The notes under the pieces: generated by a model
Seen by the model: the letters and a program-made list of their open reading frames with translations, nothing else
Told to the model about the DNA's origin: nothing
The model's database searches: none
Position numbers and translations under genes: made by a program
In this document: positions 31,500-42,600 of the stretch, piece after piece
Layout: the number at the start of each line of letters is the position of its first letter
How positions within the stretch are numbered: the first letter of the stretch is position 1
Source: Macrostomum hystrix
Lineage: Eukaryota; Animalia; Platyhelminthes
Assembly (NCBI GenBank): GCA_950097015.1
Contig: CATNEN010000010.1
Coordinates: forward strand, 2,666,001-2,730,000
DNA length: 64,000 bases
Direction of reading: 5' to 3'

Positions 31500-34064
31500 A
31501 TGCTGCCCAGCCTGGCGCAACACGAAGCCAGGGAGTTGTTGATCGTGCTCAACCTCGGCCACAATGGTCGCAAATTGCAACTGAAAAAGCGCCTGCTGAC
31601 CTACCTCAGCGACCGCGCAGTGCCCGCGTCAGCCCTATTGAAGTGCCGCTCGCCCAAGCTGCGAACAGCCGCTGGTAATGTGAACTTGCCTCGCATTCAC
31701 ATCTCCGGCTCTCCGCTGCCGTTCTCTGAACTGCTGGCTACACTGATGCCGCTGACGCTGCTTGTTGAAAGCAAAGCGCTGTCCGCCCAGTGCCAGCTGC
31801 TGCAGTTCAGCGTGAAGCCCGAGCACCGCAGCGCCATCGCGGCTGGCGGCCAGCTGACCCTCCGCTTCTACAATCTGGCCGGGCCGGGCGACCAGCGGCT
31901 GGACGAGTTCCCCGAGCAGCTGAGCGTGCGGCTCAATACGAAGGTGCTGCCAAGCGACCAGCTGGCCAATATGAAAGGCCGTCACGCCGGAGTGCCAATC
32001 AATCTGACTGTGCCGACCAAGACAGACGAGAGCGACGTCAACAAGCTGGCAATCATGTGGAGACAGTCGGAGCAGCAGCAGTTCTGCCTGGAGCTGCAGC
32101 TGCTCCGCTTTCGCAGCATTGACGAAGAGCTTTCAAAGATCAAGGTTGTGGCGGGAAATTCCTCTCTGCTTTTCTCCTCAGCCAGCGGCGACGGCGACCT
32201 TCAGGTGGCCTGCCAGCAGGCTTCGCTGCTCTGCCCGCTCAGCATGTCCCGCATAGCGCGGCCGGCACGCGGCTTCAGCTGCCGGCATCTGCAGTGCTTC
32301 GACGCAGTGAGCTACCTGAGCCAATACCGATTCCGACTGGACTGGCGCTGTCCGGTGTGCAATCTGCCCACCCAGCCGCGCCAGCTCTACATTGACGCAC
32401 AGTTCCAGGGCATTCTAAACTCGGCCGAGCCCGAATTTGATTTGGTCGAATTCGACAGCGCCACCTCTTGGAAGCTAATCAAGTCCGCGTCTCGCAGCTC
32501 GTCCTATGCAGCTCCGCCGCCCGGCATGAATTCAGCGGCGGCGACTTCCTCGCCCGCCACCGGTGCCATCATGAAGTGGATGTTAGCGGACTCCGAATCT
32601 GAGTCGTCCGACATGGATATCGACAACGACACCGAGTTGGCTCCGGCTCCGGCGCCAGTAGCGGCTCCTTCTGATGCGAATGTGCCTAAAATTGCTGCTA
32701 ATTACTCCGAAGCTGCAGCTGCAAGAGCGGCTCCCGCCAAGCCTGTGGCCACCACTGTTTTGCCCACCGCTGCTCCCATAGTTATAGATCTGACGCTGGA
32801 CGACGTCAAGGAGGAACCTTTAGACAACGTCATCCTCAGGCCTTCTGCGCCAGATGTCCCTGCGACTTCACTTGGCCTAGTGTCAGCTTCTAAAGAAACC
32901 GTGACGAAATTTCTTAAGGAAGGTCCATCTAATGGTTGCGCCACCTTTGCCACACGCCAGGAGCAATGGCCCGTGCAGAAGCAGCAGCAGCAGCAGCAGC
33001 CAGCTGTGTTAAATAGCAGTGACAAAAAGCAGCTGGGTATTGGCAGCCCGCAAAAGCTACTTCTGTCGCCACCGCTTTCACAGCCGCCACCACCTCCGCC
33101 GCCTCCAGCAGAGGAGGAAAATCAGCGATTTTTTCAACTTTCTCCAGCTCGTCGGGAACTGCCGCTGCCGCCACCAGTGGCCAAAGAGAAAACTGTCGGC
33201 TATTTGCAATTGCCGTGCCAGAAGCAACAGACTGAGTCAGTTACGCAGGACAAACCGGTTTATTTGCAGCTGTCAGCGTATCATCCGCCGCCGCCACGTC
33301 CGGCATCCGGCCAGACTGTCACCATCCCGCTGCCCACACCGGACGAAGTGATGCGTCGGCGGGCCAGCATTGTTTCTGCAGACGGTTCGACAAGTCGCCC
33401 GCGCTCGGCTAGTAGCGAACCGTTTCGAAAACATTCGCCATCAATCGAAGCCACTGGTCCGCGGCTCGGTCTGCAATACCCGCCGCAATCCAATCCGAGC
33501 GAGCAATCAACGTTCGCTTCTCAACGTCAGCAGCCTTCCTCGGTGGAAAGGCCGCAGTATGAGCAGCAGGCGTGGCAGCGCGGGCATCAGTGGAGGCAGC
33601 ATGAGCCACAGCGGCCAGGGCAGCAGCAGCGGTGGTGGCAGCATGGGCTACAGCGGTGGGACCATGAGCGACAGCGGCCTCACCACTCGGAATTGCAGCG
33701 GCGTCAGCACAAGGATCTGCGGCAGCAGGAACTGCAGCGGCGTCAGCACTCGGATCTGCAACAACAGGAACTGCAGCGGCGTCAGCATTTGGAACTGCAA
33801 CAACAGGAACTGCAGCGGCGTCAGCAAGAGCTGCAGCGACGTCAGCGCGAGATGCAGCGGCCCGTCGACCCTGCGGGCTCTTTAAAGCGTCGTTCAACGC
33901 CGCCTCCCCCACCGCCGCCGCCACCAGCGCCGCATCAAAGAAGCGGCACTCAGTCGCTTCTGCCGCTTCCGCCGGTTCGTTCGAACGGCACCAACGGGCT
34001 GGTCCGAGCCCCGGATAACGAGGAGAAGTCCGAAGATCTTGGAGGCTTCCATTATTGGCAGTGA
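31500..34064 (+). CDS. Intronless PIAS/SIZ-family SUMO E3 ligase (SAP-like, PINIT, SP-RING, SIM, Pro/Gln-rich tail), 854 aa
   Basis: SAP-like LAQHEARELL..GRKLQL; PINLT; SP-RING CPLSMSRIARPARGFSCRHLQCFD...WRCPVC; SIM VIDLTLDD; ATG start and open frame throughout. Confidence 0.9.
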   Translation: MLPSLAQHEARELLIVLNLGHNGRKLQLKKRLLTYLSDRAVPASALLKCRSPKLRTAAGNVNLPRIHISGSPLPFSELLATLMPLTLLVESKALSAQCQLLQFSVKPEHRSAIAAGGQLTLRFYNLAGPGDQRLDEFPEQLSVRLNTKVLPSDQLANMKGRHAGVPINLTVPTKTDESDVNKLAIMWRQSEQQQFCLELQLLRFRSIDEELSKIKVVAGNSSLLFSSASGDGDLQVACQQASLLCPLSMSRIARPARGFSCRHLQCFDAVSYLSQYRFRLDWRCPVCNLPTQPRQLYIDAQFQGILNSAEPEFDLVEFDSATSWKLIKSASRSSSYAAPPPGMNSAAATSSPATGAIMKWMLADSESESSDMDIDNDTELAPAPAPVAAPSDANVPKIAANYSEAAAARAAPAKPVATTVLPTAAPIVIDLTLDDVKEEPLDNVILRPSAPDVPATSLGLVSASKETVTKFLKEGPSNGCATFATRQEQWPVQKQQQQQQPAVLNSSDKKQLGIGSPQKLLLSPPLSQPPPPPPPPAEEENQRFFQLSPARRELPLPPPVAKEKTVGYLQLPCQKQQTESVTQDKPVYLQLSAYHPPPPRPASGQTVTIPLPTPDEVMRRRASIVSADGSTSRPRSASSEPFRKHSPSIEATGPRLGLQYPPQSNPSEQSTFASQRQQPSSVERPQYEQQAWQRGHQWRQHEPQRPGQQQRWWQHGLQRWDHERQRPHHSELQRRQHKDLRQQELQRRQHSDLQQQELQRRQHLELQQQELQRRQQELQRRQREMQRPVDPAGSLKRRSTPPPPPPPPPAPHQRSGTQSLLPLPPVRSNGTNGLVRAPDNEEKSEDLGGFHYWQ

Positions 34065-34577
34065 AATGATGCACTTGTCAAGTCACTCGCCATTTCTTAG
34101 CTTTTACTTTTCCTAGCTGAGTGCAGCAGGCAAATCTTTTTGTGCTTGTTGCACATTCTACTTGCTAATTATTTTAAAGAAAGAGAGCAATCCTTTTTTT
34201 GAAGGGCGAAATCCCGATTCCTAACAGCTAGTGGTAGTGATTGAATCTTATGTAATGATTTTTTCTCGGAAGATAACTGATATGACATAATGCCTTTATA
34301 GCTGTGTATTCTCATTGCGTGTTTGTCCTTTGTAACTTACATATTTGCGTTTATTGTTTTTTACCTTCTTTCAGCAATAGCTTCAGTTCCTGTGGGAACA
34401 GAACTCCCGCCCAATCCAAATGACTCAAAATATCTCGAACCATCATGACCCACGGCATCTCAAAAAATCCTCAGGAGTCTTAAAAATTCGATGAGTTTTA
34501 TATTTGAAAAATCTGTGTGCAATCACTAAATGTACTGTGCTTCTGTTTTTTAGTTCCTTGTCTGTCTTTTAATGAGA

Positions 34578-35466
34578 GGTTCAGTGAATGAGAGGCTCAG
34601 TGAATGAGAGGCTCAGTGAATGAGGGGCTCAGTGAATGAGGGGCTCAGTGAATGAGAGGCTCAGTGAATGAGAGGCTCAGTGAATGAGGGGCTCAGTGAA
34701 TGAGGGGCTCAGTGAATGAGGGGCTCAGTGAATGAGGGGCTCAGTGAATGAGAGGCTCAGTGAATGAGGGGCTCAGTGAATGAGGGGCTCAGTGAATGAG
34801 GGGCTCAGTGAATGAGAGGCTCAGTGAATGAGGGGCTCAGTGAATGAGAGGCTCAGTGAATGAGAGGCTCAGTGAATGAGGGGCTCAGTGAATGAGGGGC
34901 TCAGTGAATGAGGGGCTCAGTGAATGAGGGGCTCAGTGAATGAGGGGCTCAGTGAATGAGAGGCTCAGTGAATGAGGGGCTCAGTGAATGAGGGGCTCAG
35001 TGAATGAGAGGTTCAGTGAATGAGAGGCTCAGTGAATGAGAGGCTCAGTGAATGAGAGGCTCAGTGAATGAGAGGTTCAGTGAATGAGAGGCTCAGTGAA
35101 TGAGAGGCTCAGTGAATGAGGGGCTCAGTGAATGAGAGGCTCAGTGAATGAGGGGCTCAGTGAATGAGGGGCTCAGTGAATGAGGGGCTCAGTGAATGAG
35201 GGGCTCAGTGAATGAGGGGCTCATTGAATGAGAGGCTCAGTGAATGAGGGGCTCAGTGAATGAGGGGCTCAGTGAATGAGGGGCTCAGTGAATGAGGGGC
35301 TCATTGAATGAGAGGCTCAGTGAATGAGGGGCTCAGTGAATGAGGGGCTCAGTGAATGAGGGGCTCAGTGAATGAGAGGCTCAGTGAATGAGAGGCTCAG
35401 TGAATGAGAGGTTCAGTGAATGAGAGGTTCAGTGAATGAGGGGCTCAGTGAATGAGGGGCTCAGTA
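34578..35466. repeat. 16-bp minisatellite (~55 copies)
   Basis: Unit CTCAGTGAATGAG(A/G)GG. Confidence 0.97.
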
Positions 35467-36057
35467 AATAGTTTATGGGGAGGGGACACAAAGAGGCCAT
35501 ATTATAATTAGCTGTAACTGGATTTTCGCTTTGTGTTGTATTTTTCCCTAATGTTAAATTTTATCATGTAAGCGTAACTGATTTCATGTGTCTCATCCTG
35601 CTCGTATGTGTTTTCATTGATAATCAAATATGATTTTCGGATAAGTTGGATTCGTACTTATTTTTTTGTCGGGTTTTATGATAGAGCTGGTGCTCCATAG
35701 TGTTTAATTATGTCGCATTTTAAGCAGGCATTAAATCTCTGTCGAGTTTATGTTTAGTTGTTCAGTCGCAGCTTTCAAACTCAGTTAAGCAGTTATTGTG
35801 TTACAACAGTTCTACTTTCATTGCTAGAGAATTACTTCGAAGCAGGAGTAAAATTGGCAGCAATTAAACTTCTCTTTTCTTCAGCTAGTGGTTTATGCAG
35901 CACCAGCCAATAATGAGCCGAATCTCAGCGGCAGCCTTGGCCCCAGATGCCACTGTTCGTGCTCTGATGCTCGCCAACTAACCCGGCTGTAACCAGAGTC
36001 TGGCAAGCAGCCAAGTGAAATCGGTTAAGAGCTTTCGCTACTCGCCTCACTGGGGCC

Positions 36058-39000
36058 ATGCCGGCCCAAATGCTTCTGCTGCAGTTCCGATTTAAGGCCG
36101 GCCTGCCGCTTGGCCTTGTGCTGGAGGACGACTGCGAAACATTCGACAGAGACGGACCAGACTTTGACGCTGGCGACAGCACCGCCATGGTTGGCGTGTC
36201 AGTGAAAGAGGTGAAAGAACACTTGAATATCTATTGCATACTGGATTCTCTGTTCAACACTAGGACTACCAAGCCATTTTGCCGCCCGTTTTTATACCAA
36301 GGGGGAGGGTTAAAACAATTTGGCAGCGCCTAAATGCTAACAGCGTTGGGTGGTGACTGATTGGTTGACTAGGCGAGGGTGTCCTGTGGTCGAGCTGAAT
36401 ATTTAGGCTTGATCGGTGAAATTAGAGAAATCCGCGTTAGGGTGTCCATACCCGGCGGAAAAATCTAAATTTCACGTCGATTTGAACCACGATTTCGACG
36501 TCGAAACTTTCGCGATCAGATGTCGAGAATGCGCCGTCGCATTTTCCACTATTGATGGCGGAAAGTCGACGTTCGGATGCAGCACAAGCAATTGTCGGGG
36601 GGAATTCCCCCTAGGTAGTTCTAGTGTTAATTATTCATTAACGATAGATTCAAATCTACAAAACAATTTTATGTGGTCATTTGATTTTCAGTTCCCACAT
36701 TCTATGAGATTGTCACAGAATTTTTTGCCTGCCTTAATGGTCTTCTGTGGTCTCAGAAATACGAAATCCTAGTTTCAAGGTCATTAGGCGCTCTGGAAGT
36801 TCCTTTTTTTAATTTTCGAGGTCATCAGGCTGTCTGGGGAATACTTCTTTCCTTTTTTCAAGGTCACGCGGTGGTCTTAAAGATTTTCAGCCTCCCGTCA
36901 CTCAAGGTCACCAGGCGTTCTAGGGATTTCCTTTTTTGTTTTCAAGGCAATTAGATGGACTTAGGATTTCCACTGTCATTAGTCCTGACTTTGATGGCAG
37001 GTCTGGATATTCCTACTCTCCCTTTTCACAAGGTCATCAGATTTCTGGGTACTCATTTCTCGATTATCTAACAGTATCCCCTCTAAGGCGTCCTCACTCT
37101 ACCGCTCTTCAACAGCAAGATTCACCGCAATGCGAATCCCAAAATTGCAGATTATTCGTGGCGGCATGGCTCACCTGGATGGCAAGATGCAGGTTGGCGA
37201 CATCCTGTTGAAGGTTAACGACGAATCGCCAGCAAACGGCGAGGAAGCAACTCGCCTAATTGAGGAGGCTCGGGGCAGCGTCTGCCTCACAGTTATGCGG
37301 TCAGTGCCGGCTTGCCCAACTACTGCATGCCAATAGCTCACAATACTCGTACCTATCACTCCAGGGCCTTCATCTCTTTCCTGTCATTCCTGTCATTACC
37401 CCTCTATCTGCTCCCTCGCCATCTATCTGCTCCCACCCCATATATCCGCTCCCATCTTATCTATCTGCTCACATCCTATCTATCTGCTCCCATCCCATCT
37501 ATCTGCTCCCATCCCATCTATCTGCTCCCACCCATCTATCTGCTCCCACCCCATCTTTCTGCTCCCACCGCATCTATCTGCTCCCATATCATCTATCTGC
37601 TCCCATTCCATCTATCTGCTCCCACCCCATCCCCACTCGCACTTCCACTCCGACCCCCATTTTGGACTTAGTGAATACTTATCAGATCACGTATACTATT
37701 AGTAATGAAAAACTCAGTTAGTTCTGCTTACATTAAAAGACTACGAAACTTTATGGACACTTACAAAGAGTCCTTCAGTGGAGTAATGCTCTTGAATATA
37801 TGCATGTTCTTTGTACACTACTGCCTATAATTGCAATAGTAGCGCTCTGAGAATATTTTGCCGGTTTTTAAACAGGCGAGAATTCAGTGAGCCGGCGCCA
37901 GTCAGACGGCACAGCCAATCAGCGGAGGAGGTGTCTATGACGTCATCATTGTTGCGGTTCCCTTCGCCGCCTACGGGCCAACATTGGATGTCATCGGCGT
38001 CGCCCTCCAGTTCCGCAAATTCAACTTCGTCGCGCGCTTCGGCGATGATGCCACACAGCCGCAGCTTCGATCTTCTGCTGACGACTCCGGACCGGCGGCC
38101 GGATTCGCTTTGGTTTGAGGCGTGAGTTCCTGCGTAGGGATGCGGCAGTGCTGCTCTTAGAGTCAGTTAGCTCCATCCATCTGTCAGCTCATTGCTGTTC
38201 CCACTTGTCTCTCCCTAAGCCTCTCCCTAATGTCCTCTAGGGCCTCTCCCCTCTCCTCTGCCCTCTTCCCTTCAGGGCCTCTCCCCTGAGTGTCCTTCAG
38301 GGCCTCTCCCCTGAGTGTCCTTGAGTGCCTCTCCCCTGAGTGTCCTTCAGGGCCTCTCCCCTGAGTGTCCTTCAGGGCCTCTCCCCTGAGTGTCCTTCAG
38401 TGCCTCTCCCCTGAGTGTCCTTCAGGGCCTCTCCCCTGAGTGTCCTTGAGTGCCTCTCCCCTGAGTGTCCTTAAGGGCCTCTCCCCTGAGTGTCCTTAAG
38501 TACCTTTTCTCTATGTCCTTGAGGGTCTCTCCATATGTCCTTCAGGGCCTCTCCATATGTCCTTCAGGGCCTCTACATATGTCCTTGAGGGTCTCTCCAT
38601 ATATCCTTCAGGCCTCTTCCCTATATCCTTCAGGGCCTCTCCATATGTCCTTGAGGGCCTCTCCATATGTCCTTGAGGGTCTCTCCATATGTCCTTGAGG
38701 GTCTCTCCATATGTCCTTGAGGGTCTCTCCATATGTCCTTCAGGGCCTCTTCATATGTCCTTGAGGGCCTCTCCATATGCCCTTCAGGGCCTCTTCCGTA
38801 TGCCCTTCGAAGCCTCTCCCATGCTCTCGTGTTATTTCGGCTTCTCCTAGTTTACCTTTTGCGCCTTCATTGACATTTCCTCATAGCCATCAGACCCTTT
38901 TCTGTCCCCTTTTAGGGTCTTTATCTACTAGCGAGCGGGCCGCTGCCCTCAGTCTTACCCTTCAGTGCTGCTTTTTCTGAGTGCCAGACCAGACCTCTTG

Positions 39001-39603
39001 TTCTGGATATCTCAGAACCTTGTCCATGTGCATAATGACAGATTGCAAGGCAACATCTAGAGTGCAAAGCATTGATTTGTCTTCTTGTCTATTGCCATCT
39101 TCTCACTTTCAAATTGGCAGGCTAGGCTTAGAAATATGTACTACAATTAGTCAGAACCTACTGCAACACAAAATAATGCACAGAATGTACTTTTAATACC
39201 CGGGTTCAACCGGTGCGTCTATTCCCTTTCACTTTTCTTGTCTCCTTTTGCTTTCCCATTTCCCTTCTTTTATCCCCGAAAGCAGATCGAGGGCCACTCC
39301 CTCCGCATGCCAACAATAATGCTCAATCGTGCTCATGCTCAGACTTGCGGCTTAGCGACCCCCGAGGATGCCTCAATCCATTCCGTGTTGCTCAGACCGC
39401 TCAATATGTGCGGAATCTACCGGTAAGGCCCGCCCTACCCTCATGCTATCCCCTGTGCGCCCTGTCTTCCTCTCTCCTGTTGTGTCAACTGTGGCCGTTA
39501 GCCTGGCTGCCGCACTGGTAGAATTATTAAAGTTAATCACAAACACACAGTGAGACAGCGGCTATGCGATATTTAATTCGCATGTACACTGTGCTCACTC
39601 ACA

Positions 39604-39634
<31 letters not shown>

Positions 39635-42600
39635 TGTCTGTCTGTGTTGACATTCCATTGCCAATGACGTAGTGAGTGCAGACTGCGGAGAACAGTCCAG
39701 AGCTTAGTCCGGCGGGGGGCGGGCGCCGCCGCGTGCACATTTGGTTGGAGACCATGGCAGCTAAAAATAGATGAAGCAGCCGTTATTAAGAGCATTAGAT
39801 TGCAATTGTTGGTCCGGCTGTGAGGACCAACAGGGATCGCTTAAGCCGAGCTACAAGATCTAGCTGGGCTGGAAAGCCTCAATTCTCAGCTAGATTTGCC
39901 GGCTCCATTCTCTGCTCTCTCTCTCTCTTAATTTTTTTATCACCCTACCTGACCGCAGTGGCGACAGCACTGACCTGTTTGGCTCATGCCAGCAGCAGCA
40001 GCAGCAGGAGCTGAGCTCGTCGCCTCCAGCCTCTCAACAGCAGCCCCGACTGCAGCTTCAGCACGACCGGGCCGTCTCTCTGCCGGCTGAGGTCACGCCC
40101 GCCTCCGCCGCCATGCCGGCCGCGTCGCTGCTGCCTCTCGGTGCGGGCGCACGGAACTCTCGGCCTACATCTTGGCACGAAGATCCGGCATCTTCAGATG
40201 TGCAGCAGCAGCAGCAGCCGATTCAGCAACAGCAACGTCCCAGACCATCGCCGCCGCCTCCTCCGCTGCCAGCTCGCTCCTCGCAGCCACTGCCACCCCA
40301 GTTGGCTCGTAAGCTCAGCGTACAGCTGCCTCTGCGCCAGCCGGCCCTCACTCAGCAGCAGCCACCTCCGCCACCTCCGCATCACAACCAAGCGCTGAGA
40401 AATCACCAGCGACACAGCTCCCTGATGCCGATGACCTCTGCCATGCAGCAGCAGACTCACAGGGCCCTGCGAGTTGCCCAGGATGACCGGCAGGGCGGCT
40501 TCCTGGCTCTCCAGGCGCTCCGCTCCTCCGGCGCTCCGAGCCGTCGCGGCCCTCTCCTAGCGCGCGCCTCTGACCCGGATGTGGCAGCCAGCCTTCTGGC
40601 CGCAGTCGAGGGCATCGCCTCCCCGCCGGAGATGGCAAGACGCGGCTCCGCTGACGATTACCTTGACGATTCCGCTGCCGATGAAGAAGCCAGCGCTGAC
40701 AGCATTGTTGACATTGTCAATGGCGACGGACCAGCCGGTGGCGAGGACGAGGAAGATGACGATGCGACAATTGTGGAAGACCAGGAGGTCCCCGCGGCAC
40801 CTTCGAGGTGGGTTCTCTTCGTTTGCTTTCACTTTGTCACTGCCGCCCTCAGCACCCAAGCAACATTCTTGATCGTCTCCCTAAATCCCTGATGGCTGGC
40901 ATGTTCGTGATCTCATGTCTAGTGTTGGCACACGGCCTGCAAGCACTATAATTGAACATTGCGGATCTTCATGGGCTTATGATTTATAGCTAAAATGCAT
41001 TTGTGGACTCCGCAATGTTTGCTATCGTAATTACCAGATAAGCTTCCTATCTAAACAGATTTTATGCCTATCTTCGTGATCTTCTGCGAGTTCGTGCTCA
41101 GTCTCGCAGTGCTCGGCCTTAGCTACAGAAAATTTGCTCTAGTCTCAAAGCTCAGTGTTACAATAACAAACAACAAATTTGTCACAATAGAATAGCGACA
41201 CTCCTGCTAGCTAGCCAGCCAGACTAGTGCTTTACTTTCGGCATTGTAGTAATGCTTCAACTTAGTTGGCTATTGTTGACCAGACTAAACACTTGTGCGT
41301 TACCCTCGATTCACTTTCTGTCGATTCAGTTTATTCGACATTGCTTTTTGTATGGGTAATGAGCAACCGAATGAGAGGGAGTGAATGGGTAATGACCAAC
41401 CGAATGAGAGGGAGTGAATGGGTAATGAGCAACCGAATGAGAGGGAGTGAACGGGTAATGACCAACCGAATGAGAGGGAGTGAATGGGTAATGAGCAACC
41501 GAATGAGAGGGAGTGAATGGGTAATGACCAACCGAATGAGAGGGAGTGTATGGGTAATGACCAACCGAATGAGAGGGAGTGTATGGGTATTGACCAACTG
41601 AATGAGAGGGAGTGAATGGGTAATGACCAACCGAATGAGAGGGAGTGAATGGGTAATGACCAACTGAATGAGAGGGAGTGAATGGGTAATGACCAACTGA
41701 ATGAGAGGGAGTGTATGGGTAATGACCAACTGAATGAGAGGGAGTGAATGGGTAATGACCAACTGCATGAGAGGGAGTGAATGGGTAATGACCAACTGAA
41801 TGAGAGGGAGTGAATGGGTAATGACCAACTGAATGAGAGGGAGTGAATGGGTAATGACCAACTGCATGAGAGGGAGTGAATGGGTAATGACCAACCGAAT
41901 GAGAGGGAGTGTATGGGTAATGACCAACTGAGAGGTGCTGTAAAGGTAATCAGCAACAATGCTACTGTCCTCTGTGACCCATTAAAATTATCGTCAGGAT
42001 TTTAAAAGTCTAAGTGCAAATGATTATCAAAAAAGAACCATTGTGAGAGGCTAGGAAATCTGAAAGGTGAATTTTCTGCTCATAATTCAGCTGCGTTGCT
42101 TTAAACAAGAATTCTCTGAGTAGCAAATAACTAGTTAGTCACGGGTCATCGTCGTCATCAAAGCAAACACGACCGATGGACACTAGAGTTGTGACCAAGC
42201 AACTGCTAGGACACAGTAAATATAGGCAAGAAATCTGTGAATTTATCACCTATTGCGACCTGTAAATCCATTAAAAAGCCCAAGCAAAACAGACATCTAA
42301 GAGCTTTTTCTAGTTCTCTCCGGTGTGCGGACTTAGTTTGCAAATTACGTAATTTGCAGTGCAAACAATTTCGCAGTATGAAGCAGTTTTTGTTCAAATA
42401 TTCGATTTGTTTTTCTGTCCCCAGCTGCGCCACTGTTGGTGGGTTGGGTTAGAATTATTCTTATTGAATTATTATATATAAAACTGGTGAAGTGGAAACC
42501 CCGCCGCTGCTGACATTTCTCTGCTCTCTATCGCCAGGTGTTGAGTGTGCTGCGCTTGAACGGCTCTAGGCGAAGAGTCGAAGGCAACGAGCAATGTGGA

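Noticed and set aside
31635-34074. Antisense and alternative-frame ORFs over PIAS, Shroom, FAR, presenilin and gag-pol
   Set aside because: Expected shadows of GC-rich coding sequence, with no recognisable motifs.
41266-41959. Repeat-peptide ORFs (WVMTNRMRGSE etc.)
   Set aside because: Artefacts of a 33-bp stop-poor minisatellite in a Shroom intron. The same applies to ORFs at 43180-43671, 38465-38732 and 37260-37721.
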